64,000 nucleotides of DNA. Origin: Candidatus Kutchimonas denitrificans (GTDB lineage: Bacteria > Gemmatimonadota > Gemmatimonadetes > Palauibacterales > KS3-K002). The notes under the pieces are model-generated. The model did not search any database and had not been told where the DNA came from. It saw only the letters and a program-made list of their open reading frames with translations. The position numbers were made by a program, and so were the translations under genes. The DNA lies in the NCBI GenBank assembly GCA_011774835.1, contig JAACAK010000083.1, positions 25,042 to 89,041 of the forward strand, given 5' to 3'. Positions 50,030 through 61,924 of the stretch are shown piece after piece. Each line of letters begins with the position of its first letter. Within the stretch, counting starts at the first letter, position 1.

Positions 50030-50434
50030 TTGAAACGACTGATGACTGCTGGTCTGATCGTCGCGACCGCGGCTGTCGCCTACGCGGCGGCGAGCGATCT
50101 GATCGACGTCGACGCGCTGTTCCGAAAGCCGGTGCAGCGGCTGCCGGCGCTACGCAGCCAGGAGATGCCGTTTCGATACCCGGTTCGCCTGTGGCGCGAG
50201 GGGGTCGAGGGCGAGGTGCTGCTGCGGATTCACATCTCGGTGGACGGCACCGTGGACTCCGTCGAACTGTCACGCTCCAGCGGCCACGCCGCGCTCGATT
50301 CGATCGCCATGGCGGGCGCCGAACGGCTCCGCTATCACCCGGCGACGGTGGGGACTCAGCCGGTCGCCGTTTGGGCGGCTCTGCCGGTCCGCTTCCAGCG
50401 CACGTCGATGACGAGCTCACCGGAGGAGAGGTAA
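50030..50434 (+). CDS. TonB C-terminal domain (energy transducer-like) protein
   Basis: After a signal/anchor helix comes YPVRLWREGVEGEVLLRIHISVDGTVDSVELSRSSGHAALDSIAMAGAERLRYHPA, which is a TonB_C pattern. Confidence 0.65.
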   Translation: MKRLMTAGLIVATAAVAYAAASDLIDVDALFRKPVQRLPALRSQEMPFRYPVRLWREGVEGEVLLRIHISVDGTVDSVELSRSSGHAALDSIAMAGAERLRYHPATVGTQPVAVWAALPVRFQRTSMTSSPEER

Positions 50435-50436
50435 TC

Positions 50437-51840
50437 ATGTCGGCCCATGCTCAGCCGCCGCACAAACGACCGTACGACAGCGTTCTCGACGTCATCGGCT
50501 GGACGCCGCTGATCCGCCTCACCCGGGTCGTCGATGGCGCCGTCACCCCGGTGTACGGGAAGGCGGAGTTCATGAACCCGGGCGGCTCGGTGAAGGACCG
50601 GATCGGGATCGCGATGATCGAGGCGGCCGAGCGGGCCGGCACCCTCAAGCCCGGAGGCGTGATCGTCGAGGGGACCGCTGGGAACACGGGGATCGGTCTG
50701 GCGATCGCCGCCTGCGTGAAGGGTTATCGCTGCATCTTCACCATGCCGGACAAGTTCAGTCAGGAGAAGATCCGGCTGATGCGGGCCTTCGGAGCCGAGG
50801 TGATCACGACGCCGTCGGCGGTGCCGCCGGATCACCCCGATAACTACCTGAACGTCGCGCGCCGGCTGGTCGACGAGACGCCGAACGCGGTCATGGCGGA
50901 CCAGTTTTACAACGATGCCAACCCCGAGGCGCATTACGAAACGACCGGACCCGAGATCTGGGACCAGACCGGCGGCCGCATCACTCATTTCGTCGGCGCC
51001 GCTGGAACCGGCGGCACGGTGACCGGCGTCGCCCGCTATTTGAAACAGCAGAACCCGAACGTGAAGGTGATCACCGCCGACCCCAGAGGATCGATCTATG
51101 CCGACTACTGGAGGACGGGCAAGATCGGCGACTACGCGCCCTACAAGGTCGAAGGCGCCGGGAACGACAAGATTCCCACCACGCTCGACTTCGACGTCGT
51201 CGACGAGTTCCACAGCGTGGACGACCGTGACTCCTTCCGAATGGCTCGCCGCCTGACCCGCGAGGAGGGCTTGTTCGTCGGTAGCACCTCGGGCCTCATC
51301 CTCCACGTGGCGGTGCAGCTGGCTCGCGAGCTCGACGACCCCAACGCGCTCATCGTCGGGCTGCTCTGTGACACCGGCGAACGCTATCTGTCGAAGCTCT
51401 ACAACGACGAGTGGATGAGAGAGAACCAGCTGCTGGTCGACCAATCCCCCACCATCGAGTCACTGCTGAGCAAAAAGCAACGCGACCTGCCGGGCCTGAT
51501 CGCAGTCGCGCCGGACACCTCGATCCGCCAGGCGCTGCAGCTGATCGAAGACAACAACGTGTCGCAGCTTCCCGTGCTGCACGAGCGGGAGTGTGTCGGA
51601 TCGGTATCGGAGTCGGGCCTGATGGCCCGGCTACTGCGGGAGCCGGACATGATCGACGCGCCGGTGGATCAGGTGATGGAGTCCCCGCTGCCGGTGGTGG
51701 AAGACGGGGCCGATTTCGACCGGATTACCCACGAGCTGACGGGCGGACATCCCGCCGTGGTGGTCCGCACCCATGGCGAGCCGGCGGCCATCATCACACG
51801 ATTCGACGTCGTCCACTACCTGATCGGACTGGACGGCTAG
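50437..51840 (+). CDS. Cystathionine beta-synthase-like PLP enzyme (CysK fold) with C-terminal CBS-domain pair
   Basis: Signature blocks are NPGGSVKDRIG (PLP lysine), TAGNTGIGLA and GTGGTVTG. The C-terminal CBS-type repeats include IRQALQLIEDNNVSQLPVL. ATG 50437 is in frame within track ORF 50191..51840. Confidence 0.85.
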   Translation: MSAHAQPPHKRPYDSVLDVIGWTPLIRLTRVVDGAVTPVYGKAEFMNPGGSVKDRIGIAMIEAAERAGTLKPGGVIVEGTAGNTGIGLAIAACVKGYRCIFTMPDKFSQEKIRLMRAFGAEVITTPSAVPPDHPDNYLNVARRLVDETPNAVMADQFYNDANPEAHYETTGPEIWDQTGGRITHFVGAAGTGGTVTGVARYLKQQNPNVKVITADPRGSIYADYWRTGKIGDYAPYKVEGAGNDKIPTTLDFDVVDEFHSVDDRDSFRMARRLTREEGLFVGSTSGLILHVAVQLARELDDPNALIVGLLCDTGERYLSKLYNDEWMRENQLLVDQSPTIESLLSKKQRDLPGLIAVAPDTSIRQALQLIEDNNVSQLPVLHERECVGSVSESGLMARLLREPDMIDAPVDQVMESPLPVVEDGADFDRITHELTGGHPAVVVRTHGEPAAIITRFDVVHYLIGLDG

Positions 51841-51855
51841 ATTGGACCCGGTCGC

Positions 51856-52887
51856 GTGAAGATCGCGGTTCTGACCGGCGGCTCCAGCGCCGAGCGAGAT
51901 GTCTCGCTCGCGACGGGGACCGAGATCGCCCGGGCGCTGCGGGCCAATGAGCACGAGGTCATCGCCATCGATGCGGCGGGCGGCAAGCTGCTCGACCTGG
52001 ACGACGGTGCGGCGTCGGGCATCGGGCGCCGGCCCCCGGGACGCGACGAGCTGGCCGGGTTGAGCGAGCGCGGCCTCGCCAGCGAGCTGGAGAGGCTCCC
52101 CGCCTTCGCCGGCACCGATGTGGTCTTTGTGGCCCTGCACGGCGGAGCCGGCGAGGATGGTCGGGTGCAGGCGCTCCTCGATCTGGTGGGCGTACCCTAC
52201 ACGGGCAGCGGTCCCCTGGGCAGCGCGCTGGCGATGGACAAGCTCGTGTCGAAGGAGCTCTTCATCGGGGCCAACGTCCCGACGCCGCCCTGGCTGGTCG
52301 GGCCCGTCGACGCCGGAGAGGTGGAGAGCGCGCTGGGCGGCTTCCCCGTCGTGGTCAAGCCGGCGCACGAGGGCTCGACGGTCGGGGTGAGCGTGGTGAG
52401 GCGGCCAGCCGATCTGGAGGAGGCGCTGGCGCGGGCGTCGGCGTTCCAGGGACCGCCGCTGATCGAGCGGTTCATCCCGGGTCGCGAGCTGGCGGTGGGC
52501 GTGCTGGGCGAGAAGGCGCTGCCCGTCGTCGAGATCCGGCCGCAGCACGAGATCTTCGACTACGAGTGCAAGTACACCAAGGGGATGTCGGAGTACGAAA
52601 CGCCCGCGCCGATCGAGCCCGAGATCGCCGAATCCGCCCGCTCGTTGGCGGAGGCCGCGCATCGTATATTGAGATTGTCGGCCTACTGCCGGGTCGATTT
52701 CCGGCTCGACCCCGACGGCGGCCTATGGTGTCTGGAAGCGAATTCGCTCCCGGGGATGACGCCGACCAGCCTCGTCCCGAAGGCGGCGCGGGCCACCGGG
52801 ATGTCGTTCGAGGAGCTGTGCGAGCGGATCGTTCAGCTGGCGCTGGAACGGCCAGGAACTCCCCGTGAACATTGGGGTTTAGGGTAG
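51856..52887 (+). CDS. ddl: D-alanine--D-alanine ligase (canonical)
   Basis: Signature blocks are KIAVLTGGSSAERDVSLATG, ALHGGAGEDGRVQALLD, VVVKPAHEGSTVGVSVV and LEANSLPGMT. Confidence 0.9.
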   Translation: MKIAVLTGGSSAERDVSLATGTEIARALRANEHEVIAIDAAGGKLLDLDDGAASGIGRRPPGRDELAGLSERGLASELERLPAFAGTDVVFVALHGGAGEDGRVQALLDLVGVPYTGSGPLGSALAMDKLVSKELFIGANVPTPPWLVGPVDAGEVESALGGFPVVVKPAHEGSTVGVSVVRRPADLEEALARASAFQGPPLIERFIPGRELAVGVLGEKALPVVEIRPQHEIFDYECKYTKGMSEYETPAPIEPEIAESARSLAEAAHRILRLSAYCRVDFRLDPDGGLWCLEANSLPGMTPTSLVPKAARATGMSFEELCERIVQLALERPGTPREHWGLG

Positions 52888-52924
52888 GTAGCGTGACAGC
52901 CACTCCGGAACCGACGTGGTATAG

Positions 52925-53791
52925 ATGAGGACAGCCTTTCGCAGCGGGGGGATCTCTTTCGGCTATCGGCTGACGCCCTGGGTCAAGCGCCTGATCATAG
53001 CCAACGCCGTGTTCTGGCTGCTCACCTGGACGCGCCTGATCCCGCTCGAGCTGGCCGTCGAGTATCTGGGGTTCACCGCCTCGGAAGCCCTGAAGGAGCC
53101 CTGGACGATCATCACCTACATGTTCGTCCACGGGAACTTCTTCCACGTCTTCCTGAACATGCTGATGCTCTTCTTCTTCGGGCCGCCGTTGGAAGAGCGT
53201 TGGGGCGGAAAGGAGTTCCTGAAGTACTACGCGATCTGCGGGGTGGCCGGGGCGCTGTTCAACGTCGGCGCCATGGCTTTCGGCCTGGGGACCGGCAACA
53301 TTCCGATCGTCGGCGCGTCGGGCGCGATCTACGGCATCATGCTGGCCTACGCGCTGAACTGGCCGAACAGCCTCGTCTGGATCTACGCCATATTCCCCAT
53401 CAAGGTGAAGTACCTGGTCATCATCCTGGGAGCGATGACCTTCTTCTCGGCGTTCGGGGGAGCGTCCGACGGGATCGCGCATTTCGCTCATCTGGGCGGC
53501 CTCGTGGTCGGCTACATCTACCTGAAGAAGGGGTGGCGCGTGCAGCTGCATTGGGAAGGGCTCAAGAAGCGTCTCCGCAAGCGCAAGCTCACCGTCATCT
53601 CCGGCCAGTCGAACGGAGATGCCCGGCGCCGCTCGACCCGGTCCGACGAGGAGACCCGGATGCTCGAAGCCGTGGACAAGTTGCTCGACAAGATCGCCGC
53701 CCACGGGATCGATTCTCTGACTCCCGAGGAACGTCGCTTCCTCGACGACGTCTCGCGTCGTCGTCAGCGGCAGCACGGGGTGCGACACTGA
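52925..53791 (+). CDS. Rhomboid-family intramembrane serine protease
   Basis: Signature blocks are HGNFFHVFLNMLMLFFFG, the catalytic serine GASGAIYG and the catalytic histidine AHLGGLVVG. Confidence 0.85.
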   Translation: MRTAFRSGGISFGYRLTPWVKRLIIANAVFWLLTWTRLIPLELAVEYLGFTASEALKEPWTIITYMFVHGNFFHVFLNMLMLFFFGPPLEERWGGKEFLKYYAICGVAGALFNVGAMAFGLGTGNIPIVGASGAIYGIMLAYALNWPNSLVWIYAIFPIKVKYLVIILGAMTFFSAFGGASDGIAHFAHLGGLVVGYIYLKKGWRVQLHWEGLKKRLRKRKLTVISGQSNGDARRRSTRSDEETRMLEAVDKLLDKIAAHGIDSLTPEERRFLDDVSRRRQRQHGVRH

Positions 53792-53794
53792 GAA

Positions 53795-53836
53795 GACAGT
53801 AAGCAGTTAGCAGTATGCAGTTTGCAGTGCCGCAGG
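53795..53836 (+). repeat. Degenerate heptanucleotide tandem array (6 units, core GCAGT)
   Basis: The units GACAGTA AGCAGTT AGCAGTA TGCAGTT TGCAGTG CCGCAGG start 4 nt after the rhomboid stop codon. Confidence 0.6.
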
Positions 53837-54004
53837 CGCTTCGGAAGGTCCTGATCCGCAGGTTCGACGGACAATCGTGTTCATCATCGTCGGCGACCCT
53901 CGAGGCTCGATTCTCGGGCCGCCCCGGTCGCCTTGACTGGCCCTTGAGCGGGGAATACGATTCCGCTCCCGACTACAACTCGATCAAGTGACGGAGGCGG
54001 CATC

Positions 54005-56104
54005 TTGGCAGCCAAGACCTATCCCACCGAAGCGATCCGGAACGTCGTATTCTTGGGCCACGGAGGCACGGGCAAGACCACCATGGTCGACGCCATCTGC
54101 CATTCCGCGGGCCTGACCAATCGCAAGGGCTCGATCAGCGAAGGCACCACCCTGACCGACTTCACACCGGAGGAGCGCGACCACGCGATCTCGGTTGGCC
54201 TGGCCGTCGCGCACGCCGATTGGGACGGGACCAAGGTCAACCTGCTGGACGCGCCGGGATACCTCGATTTCGCCGGTGAAGCGGTGGCGGGCGTTCGGGT
54301 GGCCGACGGGGCGGTGATCATGGTGGACGCCACTGCCGGCGTGCTGGTCGGCACCGAGCGCTGCTGGGAGTACTGCGTCGAGCGGGATCTGCCCCGGATC
54401 TTCGCGATCTCGATGATGGACAAGGAGAACGCGAACTTCGACTCGGTGCTGAACGAGGTCCGCGAGGAATTCTCCAGGGATGCCGCGCCGCTCGAGATCC
54501 CGATCGGATCGGGTGAGGACTTCAAGGGCGTGGTCGATCTGCTGTCGAGAAAAGCGCGGATCTTCGATCCGAAGTCGACCCGGGGCGAGTACAAGGAAGA
54601 GGACATCCCGGATGAGATGAAGGAAGCCTACAACGCGGCTTACATGGAGCTGGTCGAGGCGATCGCCGCCACCGACGACGCGCTGATGGAGGAGTACTTC
54701 GAGAAGGAGACGATCGAGCCGGCACGCGCCGCGGAAGCGCTGAAGGCGGCCATGAAGCAGGGCCTCATCTTTCCCGTCGTCTGCGGCGCGCCGGAAAAGG
54801 GATACGGCGCCCGCACTCTGTTGACGCGGTTGATCGAGCTTATGCCGAGCCCTGCCGAGACGTCGAACGAGGTGGCGAAGGACGGGGAGGAAGAAGTCGA
54901 GCTCGCTGCCAGCGACGACGAACCCCTGGCAGCGCTGGTATTCAAGACCACCTCGGAGCCGCACGTCGGCGAACTGTCGTACTTCCGGATCTTCTCAGGC
55001 ACCGTCAAGAGCGGCGACTCGGCCGTCAATGCCAATCGTGAGGTGACGGAGAAACTGGGCCACCCCGGCATCCCGCAGGGCAAAGACCGGGCCGAGGTCG
55101 AACAGCTCCACGCCGGCGACATCGGGGTGGTGGCCAAGCTGCGCGATACTCATACGGGGGATACGCTGTCGGCGGAGAATCGGCACCTGGTCCTGCCCGG
55201 CGTCCCCTTCCCCGAGGCGGATATCGCGATCGCGGTCAAGTCGGCGACGCGCGGCGAAGAGGAAAAGGTTTCCACCGGACTCCACAAGATCCACGAGGAA
55301 GACCCCACGTTCAGCGCCGAGTACGACCCCGAGCTTGGACAGACGATCGCCCGCGGCCTCGGCGAGCAGCATCTCGAGCTGGCGATCGAGCGGCTGAGGC
55401 GGCGCTTCGGCGTGGAGGTGGAGACCGAACAGCCGCGCATCCCTTACCGTGAGACGTTCACCCGGACCGCCGAAGGGCAGGGCCGCTACAAGAAACAGAC
55501 GGGAGGCCGTGGCCAGTTCGGTGACTGCTGGGTCCGGCTCAGCCCGTTGCCGGCGGGTTCCGGGTACGAGTTCGTCAACGCGATCACCGGCGGCGTGATT
55601 CCCGGAAAGTTCATCCCGTCGGTGGACAAGGGGATCCAGGAGGCGGCGCAGCGGGGCGTGGTGGCCGGCTACCCGGTGGTCGACTTCCAGGCCGAGGTCT
55701 ACGACGGCTCGCACCACTCCGTCGACTCGTCCGACATCGCCTTCAAGGTGGCCGGCTCGCTGGCGTTCAAGAACGTGGCCCCCCAGGCCGGCCCCATTCT
55801 TCTCGAGCCGGTCTACGAGGTCGAGATCACCGTGCCGAACGAGTACATGGGCGACGTGATGGGCGACCTGAACCAGCGGCGCGGCAAGATCATGGGGATG
55901 GAACCACGCGGCAACAAGCAGGTCGTGAAGGCGCAGGTGCCGCTGGCCGAAATGCACAAGTACTCGTCCACCCTCCGCTCGATCAGCCAGGGCCGCGGCA
56001 GCCACAGGATGAGTTTCTTCGCCTACGAACAGGTCCCCGCCAACGTGGCCGAGAAGATCATCGAGGAGGCGAAGGCCCGGGAGGAGGAAGAGGCGAAGAA
56101 GTAG
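54005..56104 (+). CDS. Elongation factor G paralog (EF-G2-like translational GTPase)
   Basis: G1 is GHGGTGKTT, not the canonical AHIDAGKTT. Other motifs are DAPGYLDF and SMMDKEN. Full EF-G domains II-V are present (e.g. YKKQTGGRGQFG, HSVDSS). The start is TTG, preceded by GGAGG. Confidence 0.88.
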   Translation: MAAKTYPTEAIRNVVFLGHGGTGKTTMVDAICHSAGLTNRKGSISEGTTLTDFTPEERDHAISVGLAVAHADWDGTKVNLLDAPGYLDFAGEAVAGVRVADGAVIMVDATAGVLVGTERCWEYCVERDLPRIFAISMMDKENANFDSVLNEVREEFSRDAAPLEIPIGSGEDFKGVVDLLSRKARIFDPKSTRGEYKEEDIPDEMKEAYNAAYMELVEAIAATDDALMEEYFEKETIEPARAAEALKAAMKQGLIFPVVCGAPEKGYGARTLLTRLIELMPSPAETSNEVAKDGEEEVELAASDDEPLAALVFKTTSEPHVGELSYFRIFSGTVKSGDSAVNANREVTEKLGHPGIPQGKDRAEVEQLHAGDIGVVAKLRDTHTGDTLSAENRHLVLPGVPFPEADIAIAVKSATRGEEEKVSTGLHKIHEEDPTFSAEYDPELGQTIARGLGEQHLELAIERLRRRFGVEVETEQPRIPYRETFTRTAEGQGRYKKQTGGRGQFGDCWVRLSPLPAGSGYEFVNAITGGVIPGKFIPSVDKGIQEAAQRGVVAGYPVVDFQAEVYDGSHHSVDSSDIAFKVAGSLAFKNVAPQAGPILLEPVYEVEITVPNEYMGDVMGDLNQRRGKIMGMEPRGNKQVVKAQVPLAEMHKYSSTLRSISQGRGSHRMSFFAYEQVPANVAEKIIEEAKAREEEEAKK

Positions 56105-56269
56105 CGGGGCGGGGCGTCGATTCGCCCCGTCTGGCGCTGTCGCCGTGTCGCGATCACCCGGTCGCGGCGCGCCTCGCTCCCGCGCTGGCCGAAACCATCG
56201 ATTGAAAAGCCCACGGCGCGCGCCTATCTTTCCCACTACTGGATGGTCCCGAAAATACAGGAAGGCAGT

Positions 56270-57025
56270 ATGGCTGGCCACAGCAAGTGGTCACAGATCA
56301 AGCGCAAGAAAGCGGCGGAAGACAGCAAGCGCGGCCGGCTGTTCGGAAAGCTGATCCGCGAGATCACCGTGGCGGCGCGGGAAGGCGGCGGCGACCCGGA
56401 CGGCAACCCGTGGCTGCGCACGGCGATCGAGAACGCCAAAGCCGCCAACATGCCCAAGGAGAACATCGAGAAGGCGATCCTTCGCGGTACGGGCGAACTT
56501 CCCGGCGTGGCCTACGAGGACGTCACGTACGAGGCCTACGGGCCGGCCGCCGTGGCGATCTTGATCCAGGCGGTGACCGACAACACGAACCGCACGGTGG
56601 CGGATCTGCGCCGAACGCTCGAGAAGCACGGCGGCAGTCTCGGCTCGACCGGGTCGGTGGCCTGGAACTTCGAGCGAGTGGGTGAGATCCTGGTCGACGC
56701 GAGCCGCTACGACGAGGACGTGGCCTTCGAAGCGGCGCTCGAGGCGGGAGCGGAGGACCTGCGATCGGAGGGCGACGCCTACGTGGTGACGACGGACCCG
56801 TCCAGCTTCCACGCCGTACAGGACCGACTGCGGAACCGGGGTCTGGAGATCAAGGAAGCGCACCTGGCGATGGTGTCGAAGACCACGGTGAGTGTGGAGG
56901 GTCGCGAAGCGGAGCAGCTGCTGACCCTGCTCGAATCGCTGGAGGACCTGGACGACGTTCAGAACATCTACTCCAACCTGGACATCGACGAGGCGCTGCT
57001 GGCCGATCTGGCAGGTTCTGGCTAG
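56270..57025 (+). CDS. yebC: YebC/PmpR-family transcriptional regulator
   Basis: The signature is MAGHSKWSQIKRKKAAEDSKRGRLFGKLIREI...AKAANMPKENIEKAI. Confidence 0.9.
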   Translation: MAGHSKWSQIKRKKAAEDSKRGRLFGKLIREITVAAREGGGDPDGNPWLRTAIENAKAANMPKENIEKAILRGTGELPGVAYEDVTYEAYGPAAVAILIQAVTDNTNRTVADLRRTLEKHGGSLGSTGSVAWNFERVGEILVDASRYDEDVAFEAALEAGAEDLRSEGDAYVVTTDPSSFHAVQDRLRNRGLEIKEAHLAMVSKTTVSVEGREAEQLLTLLESLEDLDDVQNIYSNLDIDEALLADLAGSG

Positions 57026-57072
57026 CGGGAGACGAGGGAGGCGGTTGGGAAGCGAGGGGAGGAGCGGGGGCA

Positions 57073-57582
57073 GTGATCGTTCTCGGCGTTGACCCCGGGG
57101 CGACGGTAACGGGCTACGGGGTGGTGGCCGCCGGCGGCGCGCCGGCGGCGCTGATCGAGTGCGGCGCCATTCGACCGCGAGCCGGCGGTCCGCTGGCCGA
57201 GCGGTTGCTGGAGATCTTCCAGGGCCTGACGGAAGTGATCGATCGGGTGCGCCCCGACGTCGTCTGCGTCGAGGGCGTTTTCTATGGCCGGAACGCGCGA
57301 ACCACGGTGATCCTGGGTCACGCCCGGGGTGCGGTGCTATTGGCGGCGGCGGCGCGGACGATACCGGTGGTCGAGTATCCGCCGGCGGAGGTCAAGAGCC
57401 TGATCGTCGGTACCGGTGTGGCCAGCAAGGAGCAGGTGGCGTTCATGGTCCAGAAGCACCTGTCTCTGGCCGACGTCCCGGAGCCGGAGGACGCGGCGGA
57501 CGGGGTGGCGGTGGCGCTCTGCCACGTCTTTCACGATGCGGTCGATCGACGTACCGGCGGCGTGGGGAGAAAGCACGGATGA
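57073..57582 (+). CDS. ruvC: Holliday junction resolvase RuvC
   Basis: Signature blocks are VLGVDPGATVTGYGVV, AVEGVFYGRN, YPPAEVK and DAADGVAVALCH. Confidence 0.9.
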   Translation: MIVLGVDPGATVTGYGVVAAGGAPAALIECGAIRPRAGGPLAERLLEIFQGLTEVIDRVRPDVVCVEGVFYGRNARTTVILGHARGAVLLAAAARTIPVVEYPPAEVKSLIVGTGVASKEQVAFMVQKHLSLADVPEPEDAADGVAVALCHVFHDAVDRRTGGVGRKHG

Positions 57583-58172
57583 TCAGCCGGGTGCGGGGTG
57601 TGCTCATGCACAAGGATGTCGATCGTGCGGAGATCGCCACCCCGGGCGGCGTGACCTACGAGCTGCTCATCCCCTCATCGTCGTTCGAGTCGCTGCCCCG
57701 GGTCGGCCGCGAGGTGGAGCTTTACGCGGCGCTGATCGGACGCGAGGATGGCATCGAGCTGTACGGTTTTGGCGACGAGCTGGAGCGGCAGCTGTTTCTG
57801 AGGCTGCAGTCGGCGTCCGGAGTCGGGCCCCGGTTGGCGCTGACCATGCTGGGCGCGATGAGCACGCCCCACCTGGTGGAGGCGATACGCGGTCGCGACC
57901 TGGCGCGCCTGTGTACGGTCAGCGGGGTGGGTAGGAAGAAAGCGGAGCGGATCGCCCTCGAGCTCGGCGACAAGCTCGACGACATGGTGACGGCCGCGGC
58001 GGCGACCGAGCCCGAGAGCGCCGCGGCCGAAGCCGCGATCAACGCGCTGGTCGCGTTGGGCTACTCGCGGTCCGAGGCGGAAGCCGCGGTTCGCGGCGTG
58101 TTGAAGGGCGCCGACGGCGCCGAGCGTGATGTGGAGAGTCTCGTGAGAGAGGCACTGGCCGGATTGTCATGA
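57579..58172 (+). CDS. ruvA: Holliday junction branch-migration complex subunit RuvA
   Basis: Signature blocks are [41 protein letters not shown] and [16 protein letters not shown]. The ATG overlaps the ruvC stop (ATGA). Confidence 0.9.
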   Translation: MISRVRGVLMHKDVDRAEIATPGGVTYELLIPSSSFESLPRVGREVELYAALIGREDGIELYGFGDELERQLFLRLQSASGVGPRLALTMLGAMSTPHLVEAIRGRDLARLCTVSGVGRKKAERIALELGDKLDDMVTAAAATEPESAAAEAAINALVALGYSRSEAEAAVRGVLKGADGAERDVESLVREALAGLS

Positions 58173-59198
58173 CGACCGAGATCACGACTCCGAAGCAGCT
58201 GGACGGAGAGGGGATGACGGAAGCGGCGCTGCGGCCGCAGCGGATGTCGGAGTTCGTCGGCCAGAAAAAGGTGAAAGAGAGCCTGGGCATCTACATCGAG
58301 GCGGCGCTGCAGCGCGGCGAGCCGCTGGATCATACGCTGTTCTACGGGCCGCCCGGTCTCGGCAAGACGACGCTGGCCCTGCTGGTGGCCCGTGAGCTGG
58401 GCGTCGAGATCCAGACGACATCGGGGCCGGCGCTGGAGAAGCCCGGCGATCTGGTCTCGTCGCTCACCAACCTGAAGGAAGGGGATGTCCTCTTTATCGA
58501 TGAGATCCACCGGCTGCGCCCGGTGATCGAGGAGTTCCTCTATCCCGGGATGGAGGATTTCCGGATCGAGATCCGGCTGGGCGAAGGGCCGAAGGCGCAG
58601 ACGATCAGCATGAAGCTCGAGCGATTCACGCTGATCGGGGCCACCACGCGGTTCGGGCTTCTCACGCCCCCCATGCGCGCCCGCTTCGGCGTGGTCGAAC
58701 GGCTTGGCTACTATCCGGCGAGCGAGCTGAAGGTGATCGTCGAACGATCGGCCGCCATACTCGGTGTGCCCATCGACGATGACGGTTCGGAGGAGATCGC
58801 GCGGCGGTCGCGGGGCACCCCGAGGATCGCCAACCGTTTGCTCCGTCGGGTGCGAGACTACGCCGAAGTCAAAGGCGATGGCCGCGTCACCCTGCCGATC
58901 GCCGAGGCGGCGCTTCAGATGCTCGATGTCGACGAATACGGGCTCGAGCAGATGGACGCCCGCATGTTGCGCCTGCTCATCGAGGATTTTGCCGGCGGAC
59001 CCGTGGGGCTGCAGAGCCTGGCCGTCGCGCTGGGTGAGGAGGCCGACACCTTGGAGGAGGTGTACGAGCCTTATCTGATCCAGAACGGCCTGCTACAGCG
59101 AACGGCCCGCGGACGCGTCGCCACCGCCAAAGCCTACCGCCGCTTCGGCTACGACATCCCGCCAGACGCCGCCGAGGGACAGGGCCAGCTGTTCTCCG

Positions 59199-59206
<8 letters not shown>
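58169..59206 (+). CDS. ruvB: Holliday junction DNA helicase RuvB
   Basis: Signature blocks are [32 protein letters not shown] and [17 protein letters not shown]. Confidence 0.95.
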
Positions 59207-61423
<2,217 letters not shown>

Positions 61424-61598
61424 CTAGATTAACGGTGGCTGACTCGATATACGATACTGATACTCTATTCTCGATAACCGAGGCCGAGGTCCCGACCGGG
61501 GTCGAGCGCCGCCGGTCGAGCTCGATCCGGCACGGGCGCCCGTCATGTTTTGCGGGGATGCCCGGCAAACGATCCTTCATCTTGGGAAGAGGACAACC

Positions 61599-61919
61599 GT
61601 GTTAGCTCTCTTATTCGCTCCGGCTCAACAGGGTGGGGGTGGCAGCGCGATGGGAACGATCATCATGCTCGCCGCCTTCGTCGGCATCTTCTACTTCCTG
61701 CTCATCCGGCCGCAGCGCCAGCAGCAGAAGCGGCACCAGGAGATGGTGAGCAGCCTGAAACGAGGGGACGACGTGGTGACGCTGGGCGGCATCGTGGGCA
61801 AGATCATCCATATCAAAGACCAGCAGCTCACGATCAAGACGGGGGAAGAAACGCGCCTGGTCATCGAGCGCGACAAGGTGGCGCGGAAGGTCGCGCCCGG
61901 CGCGGAGGAGGAGTCATAA
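61599..61919 (+). CDS. yajC: Preprotein translocase subunit YajC
   Basis: Signature blocks are IIMLAAFVGIFYFLLIRPQRQQQKRHQEMVSSLKRGDDVVTLGGIVGKI. GTG 61599 is in frame within track ORF 61545..61919. This gives the canonical queA-tgt-yajC order. Confidence 0.85.
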   Translation: MLALLFAPAQQGGGGSAMGTIIMLAAFVGIFYFLLIRPQRQQQKRHQEMVSSLKRGDDVVTLGGIVGKIIHIKDQQLTIKTGEETRLVIERDKVARKVAPGAEEES

Positions 61920-61924
61920 GCGAG

